Below, in pieces: positions 1 to 29,315 of a stretch of 64,000 nucleotides of DNA. Below the pieces are notes generated by a model, which saw nothing but the letters and a program-made list of their open reading frames with translations, was not told the DNA's origin and made no database searches. The DNA comes from Euglena gracilis. Taxonomy: Eukaryota. The translations under genes and the position numbers were made by a program. Each line of letters opens with the position of its first letter. Positions within the stretch are counted from its first letter, which is position 1. The stretch is from positions 6,893,425 through 6,957,424 of the forward strand of contig CP154954.1 of assembly GCA_039621445.1 (NCBI GenBank), written 5' to 3'.

Positions 1-595
1 ACCCCTTTCACCTGGGGAAGCATCCCCCCCCCCCGGTTCTTAACCACTTTTTTAAAGGTCATCTTATTAGGGAAGCTTATTTTGTGTGCACTTTCAAGAC
101 AAATGCCTCGATAATTTCGGGATTTCTGCAGCCTGATTTGGTGAAATATTATTGGTTTTTGCATCCAAATACCTGTATGTTCAACAGTGGACCTCCAAAC
201 CAAGAATGTTTTTTTTTCCTTTTCAGCATGATGCACCGGATTCTTTGCAGTCATAGTTTTCTTCCTTGTTTCATACCACCACCCGGTTCTTACCCATATT
301 TTGGCAAATTAAGCCACCCCCCTGGTTCTTATCTATCTTTTCTGGTCCTTAGACAAGGGGGGGGAGCTAAAGGATTTGTTTGCCAGTGATTGCTAACGAT
401 AGCACCCCCTCCAATTTAAAGGTGCAGTTTTGGATTCTGTTCATTTATAACAACTGCTTCAAAGTCCCTAGCCATCCACGCCGCCTTTTTCCCTGCAAAT
501 TGAGCATTTTTTCCTCCAACGCTTCACTGTGCATGGAAGAGTCAAGATTTTACGCCTTCGGCTGATTGCTGGGGTATTTCGTGTTGGCTGCTTCA

Positions 596-17430
<16,835 letters not shown>

Positions 17431-19003
17431 GGACGGCTTGCCGGAGGGGGAGCCCTGAGGCCGTTGTGTCATGCGTGCCCTGCAGCGTGCCCTGTGTATT
17501 CGCCTTCCCCTCCCCCTCGCCCGCCCCCCGCCTCTACCTTTGTGCATGTCCGCGGCCCCAGGGACGAGGAGGTCAGGCAGAGGGGCTTGCGCCTTGCGCA
17601 GATCCCGCCTCGGCACCTCGTCCGCCGCAGGACCCCCCACCCCCCGCCGACCCACCCACTGCTGCCCTGTCTGACTGCAGTGAGCGTGGCCTGCCGTGCC
17701 TCCTTTGGCTTATTCGCAGACTCCGCAAGCCACTCGCCAGGCTTGTATGCCAACCCTGCCCAGTCCCATCAACAACAGGGATTGTTTTCTGCAGTAAGAA
17801 TTTTGGGGGTACCAACGTTTCCCATTACGGGGTCTCGACGGTATCCTCACCCAGACCAGTTGCTGAACTTTCAGGGTTTGTACAAACGTCCCCAACAAAT
17901 AATTCCTGTTTGGGGCACCGTGGGGTCGGTGGGCAGTTCTCTAGTTTGGAGCTCATTTAATTGACCTTGTGACCATGTATTGTTTTCCTGCGTCAGCAGG
18001 ACAAATCTTGTATTTGAATGCTGTTATTCCAAGCATTCTTGGTTCTTTTACACACCCTCTGAAAAGTGTGGTTTCCAACTTTTTTTGACCTAAGATGACC
18101 TAGAAGAAATCAAGTGGAAGCTCAGAAGCAAGAAGCTTTGTATCCGTCTGTGTTTAAGGACCTCCCCATGTCTAACGACCCCCCTCCCTGGCCGGAGTCA
18201 ACAGGCCAGTCAGCAGGCATGTTTTGAACGTTTTTTTTTCTGCTGGTCGTTGGGCGAAGGGGGGGGGTCCAACCAACATTGTGTTTTATTTCCTTTTTGT
18301 GTTAAAATATTTCCCTGTGTGTCTTCTGCCCAGCAGGCAGCCCCTGGGTGCTTAAGTCAGCACAAAAATAAACAACGCAAAGAAGATGCAAAAATGAGAG
18401 AGACCCAAAGCCCACATAATGTAAAGAATAAACCCCCCCTGAATAGAAGCCCCCCCGGGCTTCCATTGGGACCATTGGTCGAAAAACGAGAGGGGGGGCT
18501 TCTTTTTAGGGTGTGTTTTTTCCCCTTCCCTTGTACACTGTCTGTGTGGGGGGGGGGCTTCCATTCGGGCCAATGGTCAAAATCTGAAGGGGGAGGGTTT
18601 TTTGGGGGGGGGACACCATTCTGGTGGCGGCTTCCATTCAGGGGGGGATTGAGCAAATAAAAACCATCAGTTCTCCGGTGTGTGACCTTTTTTTGATGGT
18701 TTTTGTTTTAAATTTTTGTGCTGTTTTTTCCTTTAATTTCTTTGCATTGCAACCTTTAAGTTGCCTATGTACAGCCTTCGTCCCCCTTCCTTGGTTCTCT
18801 GCTTTGCTGGAAGTGATATACGTCCCTTTTACCTGTGGCCCCCAACAAACTGGCCCGGCGTCTTACTTCTCGAAACCCTGAAAAATCCCTGTTTTGGCTT
18901 GTCTTCTTCTCTTCATTGTCTTGGTTCCGGTTATCCAGCAGAAGGTTTTCAGGGCCTTCCCTGAATGGCGCTTTGCTGCCTCCAGGTGGCTTTGTGCCAG
19001 TGT

Positions 19004-19264
19004 CAGGCTGAATTTCAAGGCAGTGCCGACCGCACCCTGGGGGGGGGGTGGGCTCCTGGGCAGGCACTTCAAGGCACCCAGATCCGACCCAGTGGCAGGG
19101 TAGGGCACATGGCCAAAAGTGCCTGGGCACTTGGCCAAGGCACTTCCGGCGCTGAAGGTGCCGAAAGCCCAGAAAAGGCCATTTTGGGGCACTTTTTGGC
19201 CCACTTGGGCACTCCAGGGTCTGCGAGACCCCCCTCCCCCTCGGGGTTGGTCAGTTTCAGCCTG
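19004..19264. mobile_element. hAT-type MITE, family B copy 1
   Basis: TIR caggctgaa / ttcagcctg; perfect 8-bp TSD gccagtgt. Confidence 0.88.
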
Positions 19265-20890
19265 GCCAGTGTATTTATATCAGCTGCAAGTTTATTCTCT
19301 GCATTCCCTTCCCCCTGTCTGATTTCTTTTGCTTGCTGGGTTGGTCCTCGTCATGTTTCCTGTGGCTGTTGTCCTTGGCAGAGTTTGAGGTTGCAGTGGG
19401 TTGGTTCATGACGTGGTTGGGGTGTTTGGTGGTGGTGCCTCGTCACGTCGTCACGTCGCCCTCGTGGGGTTTGGCTGGTGATGGCAGGGGGGGGTCTGCT
19501 TTTTTGTTGTTTTTTTTGTTTCTTGGCTTTTTTCCCCAAAGTTTGTCAATTTTTTTCCATTTTTTTTCCAAAGAAAATTTTTCAATTTATATGAAAATAT
19601 GTAATATTTGACCAAAATGCAAGAAATGACAAAAATTGGCAAATTTTTGGCCAAATTTACCTCAGTCCTCTCCAGGAGAAAATGTTTGCATCCCGGGGAC
19701 CTCCTAAAGGATTTTGCATACAAAAGCAATTTGCGGTTTTTTTTTTGTGTCGCGTCTATTGACCCCCCCCCCTGGTGATGGTTGTGTTTGGGTGAGTCTT
19801 CTCCAGATTCGTGGAGTGGGGTGTCATGCTTGTCTCTGGCAATTTCTTCCCCAGTATCCATAACCTCCCAGCCACTGCTTCCAGTAGATACATGCATAGG
19901 CTATAGTACATACGTAGATAGACATAGATAGGCTCGTGCATGCACGCACGCACTTGACGTATGCACAAACGCGCGTAATGTCTTTTTTTTGCACAAACTA
20001 ACGCTCAGCAACCATATTTGCTCTTTTTTTTGCTTGATGCGAGGGAGGCAGGGTGTGTGATGTTGGGGAGTGTGATAAGGGATTGGGTATATTTTGATTG
20101 GGTTGGTTGATTTTTTCTGTTCTTTTCATTGTGCCCAAGTGAACACCCTCCCCCTGAATAATCCCTGAATTATACACCCCTAGGTTTCAGCCCTCCCCCT
20201 CCTCCCGGTCACAAATTTCCTTGTATTTGGCCCTACATCAAAACCTGGATTACCTGGAAGGTTTCAGATATTCATCATAGGAATATGTTGATCAAAGCCA
20301 TTGAGAGGAAGTGTATTTTCTTGGTGGACAAACCAGAAAAACTACATTTTATTTGGTTTGAAACAGTACTGTGCAACAAGTAAATTGATATGATTGCTTC
20401 CTGCCATTTGCTCATTTGTACTCTATTGTCTCTATTACCATTATTATTACTGTTGTTATTATTGTCTACCCACCTACTAACGGGAGCAATGTAACGGCCT
20501 ACGCCCGCGCTGTCGGCGAATGCCGACGCGATTCCATGCGTAGGGGTCGGATTGGCGCCCGATACACACCGTGGGCTGCTGCGCATGAGTCCATTGGATC
20601 CGACTCCGTCCCGTGCATCCACCCTGTGTCAGTAAAATAGGGCCTGTGCGGTAGCACGGGCTTTTGTGCTTGTCCTAATGATTCAGGTAACCAGTGTGAT
20701 GATCATCACCGTTATCATTCCCTTCACCGCCGTAAAGAGCAATTCTGGAGACAAACCGCTGACACTGGGCTTTGGCGCCGCGCGAGGGACAAAGTGCTGC
20801 TTTCTCTTCCCTTCTCCACCTGCCCGAACCCGGCAGCCCCTCCCTGTTTGTGCCTGCTCACCGCACCGCGCCGGGCCGCCCCCGCGGTGC

Positions 20891-23800
20891 ATGGACTTGA
20901 CCGTCGTCGTCGTGGCCCCCGTGGTGGTCGGCGTCGTGCTCGCCCTCGGGCTGCTCCTCGTCCTGTGCATGCGGCGCCGCACGTTACGGCGGAGCTATGG
21001 GCAGGCTGCGGCGGGGGGCCGTTGTGTTGGCGTAGCTCTTGCCGGCTCATGCGTTGATCGTAAACAAAAATCCTAAATAGTTGCCTGCTTCCAGACAGTA
21101 AAGAGTGCAAGTTTTCCACAAGGGTTCGACAGAGGGAACAGGGCTGGAAGATAACTGCTGCTCATATGGCAACCCCACCACTGGAAACTGCCACGCTCAC
21201 GAACCCCCCCCCACCCTGAAATGGTCAGGTCCCCACAACCTTCCTCCCTGAGATCCCTGGACTGACTGACAGATGACATTTGGTGGGTGTCAACTCCCAC
21301 CCAAAAAAAGCAAAACCTAGGTCTTATTTCGTTACTTTGTGTTTCTTCTTGACCGACCTGAGTCACAAAAATTCATCATTTTTCAGGCCTCTGAAAACAC
21401 CGAATGTTTTTCCTTTGGCACTTCAGTAATTGGCTAAAATTATTCCCCATTTTTCTTGTGTTTCAAATATTTTTTCGTTATGTTTCTTCCTAATCAGGCT
21501 ATTTGGTGATATTATCCTGGAAAGACTTTCAGCATCCCCGGCGCTTTGTCTGTCCCTCACCCCACCAGAAGCAATGGGCGCCTGATCCTTAACACACGCA
21601 CGAACACATCCTCATGAACCGCTTCAGGTTTCTCCGACTGAAAGCCCCCCCCCCCCGGGTTTTGTCCGGCAGCCTGGCGGCGAGGCACCCCGGCAGCAGG
21701 AGACGGACTCGGAGGTCGGGGATCTCCAGAACAGCCCGGGTCCGGCGGCCGCCCCTCCGCGCGCGGTGGAGCAGCATGTGTACCTGATGCGCCACGGGGA
21801 GAGGGAGGTGTGGTCCTCCCTAGGGCTCCGAGTAAGGAGGAGAGAGGTGTGTTGGCGGCACGGTTTTCCCATTTGCTTCTTTGACTGTGTTGTGCATAGG
21901 GTCCGTGTTTTTTTGCTCCTGGAAGTCATTTTTCTGTCGCAATAACGGCACAGGCAGTGCACCTTTTGGACCAAAATGATCAAGCTCACATCGGTGGCCC
22001 CTTTTTGGAGTTTACTTGTGTTTGTCTTAATGTCGGCAATGCGATTCAATGGGAGTCCGCAGTGTATAGTTCTGGATTGTTTTGAGAGCCCAGCACCGCC
22101 ATTGATCTTCTCAGGACGACCTAAACCCCGCTTGGACGGACTCTGCAGAGCGTCCATTTGACCCAGCCATCGTCCCTCGACGGGTTGACATCGGGCTCTG
22201 GGTGAAGCAGCCTTTCAACACCCCCAAATCTCGAAAATGTGTGCAACACAACCAGCATACTGATCCATCACTACTCGAAGTGTGTTTGTCAAGGTGCCAC
22301 CAAGCCAAAAGACAATCGCTGCCAAACCACAGAGTCCAATACACAGAGATTTTTTTTAAGTTTTGTGACCCTGGGGGGGGTGGCTGGGTCTTGGCCGAGC
22401 CCCACCTTTTTGTTTTTGTTATTTTTATTTTTTTTTTTTATTGGTGGATTTTTTGGAGGGGTTGGGTCGGGCTGAGTAGGTGAGAAGCGCCGAATGTAAT
22501 TTTACCCCCAAAATTGGGTCCCCCCGAGCCCTCTTAAGGTCCGGAACCCCCGGATTCTTAAAAAAAACCTCTGTTCCAGGAATGAGCTATCGCCCCCATT
22601 GCGATGCGGTTGCGCAGTGTGTATCATACGGGAGGAATTGTCGTGGGAGGTTTCAGCCTTCTTCATTGGCCGATGCCAACCAAGGTGCTTCATCCATCTC
22701 AATTTGGTTGGATGGCAGCCAGCCCCTTTTCCAACTTATATATCTATATATCTGTACATACATATATATGTATACATATAAATATATTTGTATATATACA
22801 AATATATATACATATATATATATATGTATATATATTTGTATATATACACACATACACGCACATATGTATAGCACATAGCACATATATACCCTATATATAC
22901 ATATATACATGGCAGCAAGATTCTACTTGGCCCCCCCAGGGGGGCTAAGTAGAATCTCCAGGGGGGACGTCCAAGTGGCATCTCCCAATGGCCACGGCTT
23001 CAACCAAATATTAATCAAATGAAATTTAATGTAATATCCGTGGTTGGATCCGTGGTCGGCCGCGGCCAGTCATTGACATCCTCTGTCCTCGCTGATTCGT
23101 CTGCAGACAGTGTCGGGGGGGGGGTTATCGCAAGACGAGGTCAGAGGGGCGGTGTTTGTGCCTCTTACTATCGCGGGGCGCGAGGCGGCGCTGGCGGCGG
23201 GCCGTGTGCTGCGGTCTGCCGACATCGGCGTGGTGGTGACCTCCCCATTCCTCCGCTGCGTGGAGACGGCGGTGTATGTGAGTGAGGGCCTGGGCTACCG
23301 GCAGGGTGTGCATTGTGGGTGTTTTCAGACGAGTCGCTGTGTCCTGTGGTGTGTTATGAGTGTTGCTTTAGTGTTTTCTTTGTGTTTGTTTTCTGTTTTT
23401 TTTATCAATTTCCCATTGAGAAGTTGGGCATGCATTTGTGGTTCTAGAATAAATTGTCACCAGTATCACCTGTCATTGTTTTTTTGTAGGTATGCCTTGA
23501 ACCTTTGTTTGTTTTGGGGAATGGCTAACGTGAGGATGGGTGTGTCTGTGTTTGGGATTGACCTGAAGCTCTCCTCATTCTTATTACACGCGCACCATCT
23601 TTTTCCTCTCCTCCTGCAGAGATCCTGCTGGACTATGGGCTGAGCGAAGTGCACAACACCGACGTCATCAAAGGGGCGGACCCACTGCACCCAGCTCGGC
23701 CGTCAACCTCACAACGGGGTGCACTAAGCTCCAAATCTGTTCGACTGCGCTCCCGCCATTCGGGGACACTTTTTCAACGATTTAGCCCTGTCGGCCGATC

Positions 23801-23970
23801 ACTCCTAAAAACCCTCAGCCTCCAGCTTTCCAGATCCAGCTCGTGCGGTGGGTGGGCACCATGCCCCCTGCCCTTGACATGGCTTGTCCATAACCCCCAT
23901 GTCAACACTGTTTTTCTCATGCTCAGAATGCTTTATGGTTCATAGCATATGACACCCATATGACGCCCAT

Positions 23971-24004
<34 letters not shown>

Positions 24005-27000
24005 GTCAACAGCATTTTCCCAGTCCTCTGGAGTGTGGCCTCTCAATTCTCAGGCGAGGAGGAGCCTGCCCATCGAAGTCGCAGGGGGCTATTATGGGTT
24101 ACTGCATCCGCTGCGCTGGCCCCAGCCAGTGGTGCTGAGCCCCACCGACCTCGCCGCCCATTTCCGCGGCAAGGCTTTCATCGCCCTCAGACACGCCCCT
24201 GCCACCTGCCACGGGGGTCCGGACCAGGGATTTTTTTAAGTTTGGCCCCCGGGGGGGGGGTAGGGTGGGTGGGTCCACCGGACCCCCTCCCCCCCCCGGG
24301 GGGGTCCCCCCCCCGGAGGGGGGTGGGATATACTTTTCTATTTTTAGCACTTTTTGCAATTTTTCGGCCATTTTTTGTGGGTCCCCCGGGACCCCCACCC
24401 CCCCCGGGGGGCCCCCCCCCCAAGGGGGTGTGGGGGTGGGTGGGGGGGGGACCCCCCCCCTCCCCCCCCCCGGTCTTAAAACCCCTGGTCCGGACCGATC
24501 CAGGGGGGGGGGTGCCCCAAAATCCACCCAAAAGGTAAAAATATTCTTTCTGGCGCCGAATTTTTTTTGCATTTATGACAAATTTTGCCCAAACAGTGCC
24601 CAAAATGGCATTTTTGGCCGTTCTGGGGGTTCAAAAAAATTCGGCCCGGAGTTTTTCGCTGAGCCAAAAATCAGGCTTTAGGTATGAGGGGGAGTGTCCC
24701 CTCCCTTTTGGACCGGAGGGGGTAGGAGGTCCAGACCCTCCCTGCTTTTATATTGAACCCATACCCCTTCCCCCGCCCTTGAGAGTACCCCCCACATGGG
24801 CGGGCCGCCCCTCCCCCGGTCTTAAAAGAAACCCCAGTGCTTGCTGCGTACAGGCACATGGCAGTTGTCAAAAGAAGCCTGTTCAACCGTTTTGAAATTT
24901 TGTTTTCAGTTTCAATTCAAAAATCCAAGTGTTCTTGTCGTGGTGAGTGGTGTGCATGCCAGGCCATTTTTTTTAAAAACCCCATGGGGGAAGGTGTAGG
25001 TTGCCTGTTTAAGAACCACCACCCTGGGGTCCGTTTTCTTGGTGCCTGTCGACCAGGCCAATTATCTCTTGAAAATGGCCATGTTCAGGCCCCGTGCTCT
25101 AACATTACTCACCCCAAAACCCCACCCTCCTCCCCGCAAGAGGAGGGATCGAAAATGCCCTCCTCCATGGGGGGGGCCAACCTTCCCAGGTGCCCCATAG
25201 AACCAGGTTTTGTGTAGTGCTGAGCTGTCTGATGGTGCCATGGTGCAGCAGATGCTTGAGGCTTGTGGCAGCCACGGCTGCCCGCCGGGCCTAGTAGGCA
25301 ACCTGGCAGCACGACGGCGGCCCGTCGTCCGGGAGGCCCAAAAAGGTGTTTTTGGCCAAAAAAAATTTCGATTTTTTTCGACATTTTTTACACAGAAATT
25401 TTTTCGACCTTTTTGACCCAGAAATGACCCAAAATACATCCGTTTTGGGCCGAAAACGGGGAGCCTGGGGTCGAAAAACGCTCATTTTCGGCTCGAAAAC
25501 AGTTTTTCTGGGTCCGGGAGGCCCAAAAATTTGGTTTTGGGCCATTTTTCCCCCTCTTTTTTTCCCCACCTTTTTTGACCCGGAAATGGACAAAACGGGC
25601 TGCCCCTGGCGGCTTATGCAAGGCAGTAGAGGGTCAAGGGGGCTTTTTTTTTTTTACATCGCCAGTGATTTCTTTTGATTAGCCACCGTTTTGGAGATAT
25701 TTTGAAATTTTCGCTGTTTTGACCCCAAAATGGCCGAAAACAGCTCAGTCAAAAACAGGCCAAAATAGTACAGACTTGGAGCGAAACAGGCTTCCTTGGG
25801 CTAGCCATGGAGTTACGGAAATATTGATTTTTTTGGCCCTGAAATTGCCGAAAACGGCTGAGTTGGAAGCCTGCCACGCTGCTTTGGGGCATAAATCGGC
25901 CATGCTTTTGGGCTTGGCGGAGAGTTATGAGGAAATCAGAATACCATTACAGTAGGGGAACTAAATAGTGGGACAGTCCACCGGAACTAAATAGTGGGAC
26001 ACTCAAAAAAACGAAGTTCCCCCCGAAACTCACTCGAGCTGCACAAGGTATATTTAGCTGCAAGGATTATGGTGTCTATCGTTCTTGCATCAATAATTAC
26101 GGGCTTTTGCCATTCAAATGATGGTAATGAGCTGGAGGAAGGCTTCAATAACGTGCGGGCCCTCCATGCGAGTCCAGGACAGCCACAATGCGGCTAGGCA
26201 TGGATTCATACAAAACCCCAATTTGCTGAGGTGCAACATCTGCGAAAGCGCGCGGGAGTGCGGACCACAGTTCGTTTCGGTTGGAGAAAATGCAGCCTTC
26301 CAGCTTTGCGGTCACCAATGGCCATATAATTGGCACGACCCCAGAGCACACAGACCCCCCACCACACCTGGCACCCCCCACCAAGAGGACCATCTGAATA
26401 ACAAACTGGGGTTGATGAGCATTGGCCCTGGAATCGGACCGTCAGGGGTGTGCAGCCGCGCAGGGGTCGCCGCCGATGCCGCGGTGGGGCGAGCAGCGGG
26501 GCATCGGCGGCAGTGCACACGTCCGCTTTGTGACGGCACTCGCCCGAGTGGCGGAGCAGTACAGCCCGGCCAATGTGCTGCTGATCTCCCACGGGGACGC
26601 TGTGGCCGCCTGCGTCGGTGTGCCGCCAACCCCACATGCTGAATGAATGTAGGGGGTCGAGGTATTTGGGTGGGGGAAGTTCCAACCACCGTTCTCGATT
26701 TTCAACCCACCCCTTTGGGTGGGGCGGGGTTGGTCTGTGGATCCCCAGGAAAAAAAAACACAAAAATGTTGCTCCCTGTTTCACACACACACACATACAC
26801 ACGTATATATTTTGGCATTGTTTTATAAACGTTTCCAAAAGAAACGTGATGTGGTTCTAACGACCCTAAAAATTCCACCGCTTCTCAATGGATATTCTTT
26901 TTCAGGGCTCCTCCTCAACAAAAAAAATTGGCTAGCCCTCAAGCCGTAGAAACCTTCCAGGAATTCGTCGTGGAACAACTTGGGCAGCACAGGGGAGGGG

Positions 27001-28403
27001 GGACTCCCGGGGCTGACAAGCTGGACAGCACGGAAGGGGGTGACAATTGTCCACCTGTTTCCAGAAGGGGTTCAGAAATCCTTAGGGTGCCCCAGCAGTC
27101 CTCCCAAAATGTCGATTTTTTTTTTTGCATCCGGCCCTTCGCCCCAAATAATGTACGCACGTTTCCACCCAAGAATTATCATCCGACGATACATCATTTA
27201 TTGGCCACACATTAGGGGAGGGCGGTGACAACTGTCTTGGGGTCGGCACACTTTCCGCTGGTTTCCACCGTTGGGTTCGGATTCGTGTAGGCCTGAGCCC
27301 GGAGTGTGAGTTGACCAGACGTTTCATGAGGTTTACTCCTAAAAAAAAGCGGTTATTTGCTTTGGCTCCGGAATCCAATTGGGAATTGTTGGATTTTGGA
27401 TATTTAAGATGGTTCCCTTGTGGAAAATTGGAATATTTATTGTGTTTGCTGCTAGACAGAAAATAAAAAAATTCATTATAAGACTGTTCAATTGTTCTAA
27501 AATTATCGAAGGAATTACTCAAATGTGTGCAACTCCTTGTCCGCAAGCTCCAGAGCTGTGTAAGTTTTGTTCCATATTTTGTCCACACTCCATAGTAGTG
27601 AAATTTTAAGAAGAATTGTCCATTTAAATGGCTGTGTAGCCTCTGGGGCAATATGCGATCAGCTGAATTTGAGAATTGTTCAGTATTTTTGAGCAATTTG
27701 AAATTCTTGATTGGTCTTGTTTTGATTCCCCCCCCCCCCCGCCTGCCCCAGGCAATCTACTGCCTCCGGGGGCGATGGTGTACCGCACAGACTACTGCTG
27801 CTGCGCCCATTTCGTCCGTGGCAAGGTGGAAGGCTGGCCTTTCCTTGCTCGATCGGGAGGGGGGCTGAATGGTTACCCAGCAAGGCCTCTGGGTTGTACC
27901 CACCTTCCCACAACGTTTCTTCTTTGCGACTGTGGAAATTTGTTTTTTGTGTCGTTTAGGGTGTTTGTTACAAAATGTCACAATTGAATTTCATTTCTCA
28001 AAAAATATCAACCCTAACCCAAAATTTAGAAACAGAGTCAACTGTGTAAATGCAAAATGGTCCGTCTCGATGGAGGATCCTCCAGTCCAGAGTCAAATCA
28101 TTTCTTTGTTCTGGATGCCAATGTTGGTTTTCCCTCAAATTTCCGCCGTCCCCCGTCCCCCTTAACCTTCAACCCCCAGCTCAGCACACAGTGCACACGG
28201 CGCTTGGTTGACAAACGCCTGTGCCATCGAAACGTGCCCTAAAGACTGACGCGTTTTTGTTTTGCGGGAAAGGCAGGACCGCGACGTGCTGATGACACCC
28301 CATCCTTCGGGAGGGCTCGGCGCAACAGTCGCGAAGCAAAGGCGTGGTGGTGTGGGAGCTGCGGACGGAGCCCGGGGCGGGCATCGAGTGGATTGCCGAC
28401 TGA
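20891..28403 (+). CDS. Histidine phosphatase / phosphoglycerate-mutase superfamily protein with an N-terminal transmembrane anchor
   Basis: Exons 20891-20998 ([30 protein letters not shown]), 21682-21807 ([10 protein letters not shown]), 22115-22164 (AERPFDP), 23160-23305 ([16 protein letters not shown]), 23620-23688 (DYGLSEV), ~24036-24188, 26458-26617 (LLISHGD), 27752-27874, 28297-28403 (..IEWIAD*). RHG, DPPLT..G, SPxxRC..TA, L.E and SHG motifs are in the expected order. Mix of GT-AG and nonconventional introns. Confidence 0.9.
25950..26330 (-). mobile_element. Tc1 transposon remnant: TIR plus transposase C-terminus
   Basis: TA|cagtaggggaactaaatagtgggaca TIR (same family as 5294). Minus ORF ends [42 protein letters not shown], matching the Tc1 L..SMP.R..AV....GG...Y tail. 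Confidence 0.8.
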
Positions 28404-29315
28404 CAGACGCCGGGTGGCCCCGCTGTGGCTCTATCCCCCCACCTCTACTCTCATTACCCACTGACCCTGCCCTTTGGGCATTGCCCAGCGCTCTGCTGAG
28501 CTCGCGGCCGTTTCAGGGGCCGACCCTTCCGTGTTACTCTTTCTGTCGCCACTGCAGCTCGTTGCTTCCCCCGTTGTCTGTCAGGGAAAGCTTTGTGATT
28601 TTATGCTTTGAGTTCTTTGCAATTGCTTGAGAATTTTCTACTGAACAGAAAAGAAAAGAGAAACAAGAAGAAACAAAGAAGAACAAGAAGAAGAAGAAAC
28701 AAAATAGTGATAGCAATCAAAATGAGTAAATTCAAATCTCAACGACGTGGTTATCTCCATGATGCCTCGGCAGTCGGGGGAAAATAATTTGGCTTGATGT
28801 TGGCAGGGAACCTAGCTATAACCCACTAAATAAGGCACCTGGTCATGCTCCTTGGGTCGGCTGCTGAAAGATCCAAGGGGGCGTTTTTTTTTTTGAGGGT
28901 CTCTTTTTTTAGAAAAAAACAAAAAAATGTAATATTTTGTTGAAATTTTCGTCAGAAAAAAATCCTTCTATGTGTGAGAGGGTCCTAAAACAAGTCAAAA
29001 TGATTTTTTGCTGGTTTTGGGGGGTGTTGTCTCCAGATTTTACCATTTTTTGGTGCCATCCAGCACCTTTCTTCTTGTTGTTTTTCTGTGTAGTTTGCGA
29101 GTTGTAAAATGTCAACAGTGCGTATTTTCCCCTCCTGGCAGGAGATTTGTTAAAAATCCTGGAGGGTGTAGCAGGCTGGAACACTGTTCGCTGACGTTTT
29201 TGCACCTGCCAAAGAATACCAATATTTGAATGTTTTAAACGGTGACGACTGCCCTCTTCTCAGATCAAGCCCTCTCCCCAAATGATTGTTTGTGCTTTGC
29301 ACAGATGATCCCTGG

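Noticed and set aside
22919-22958. Hairpin agattctacttggcccccc-ca-ggggggctaagtagaatct as a terminator
   Set aside because: Intronic in a eukaryotic gene with no U-tract; more likely a collapsed MITE remnant.
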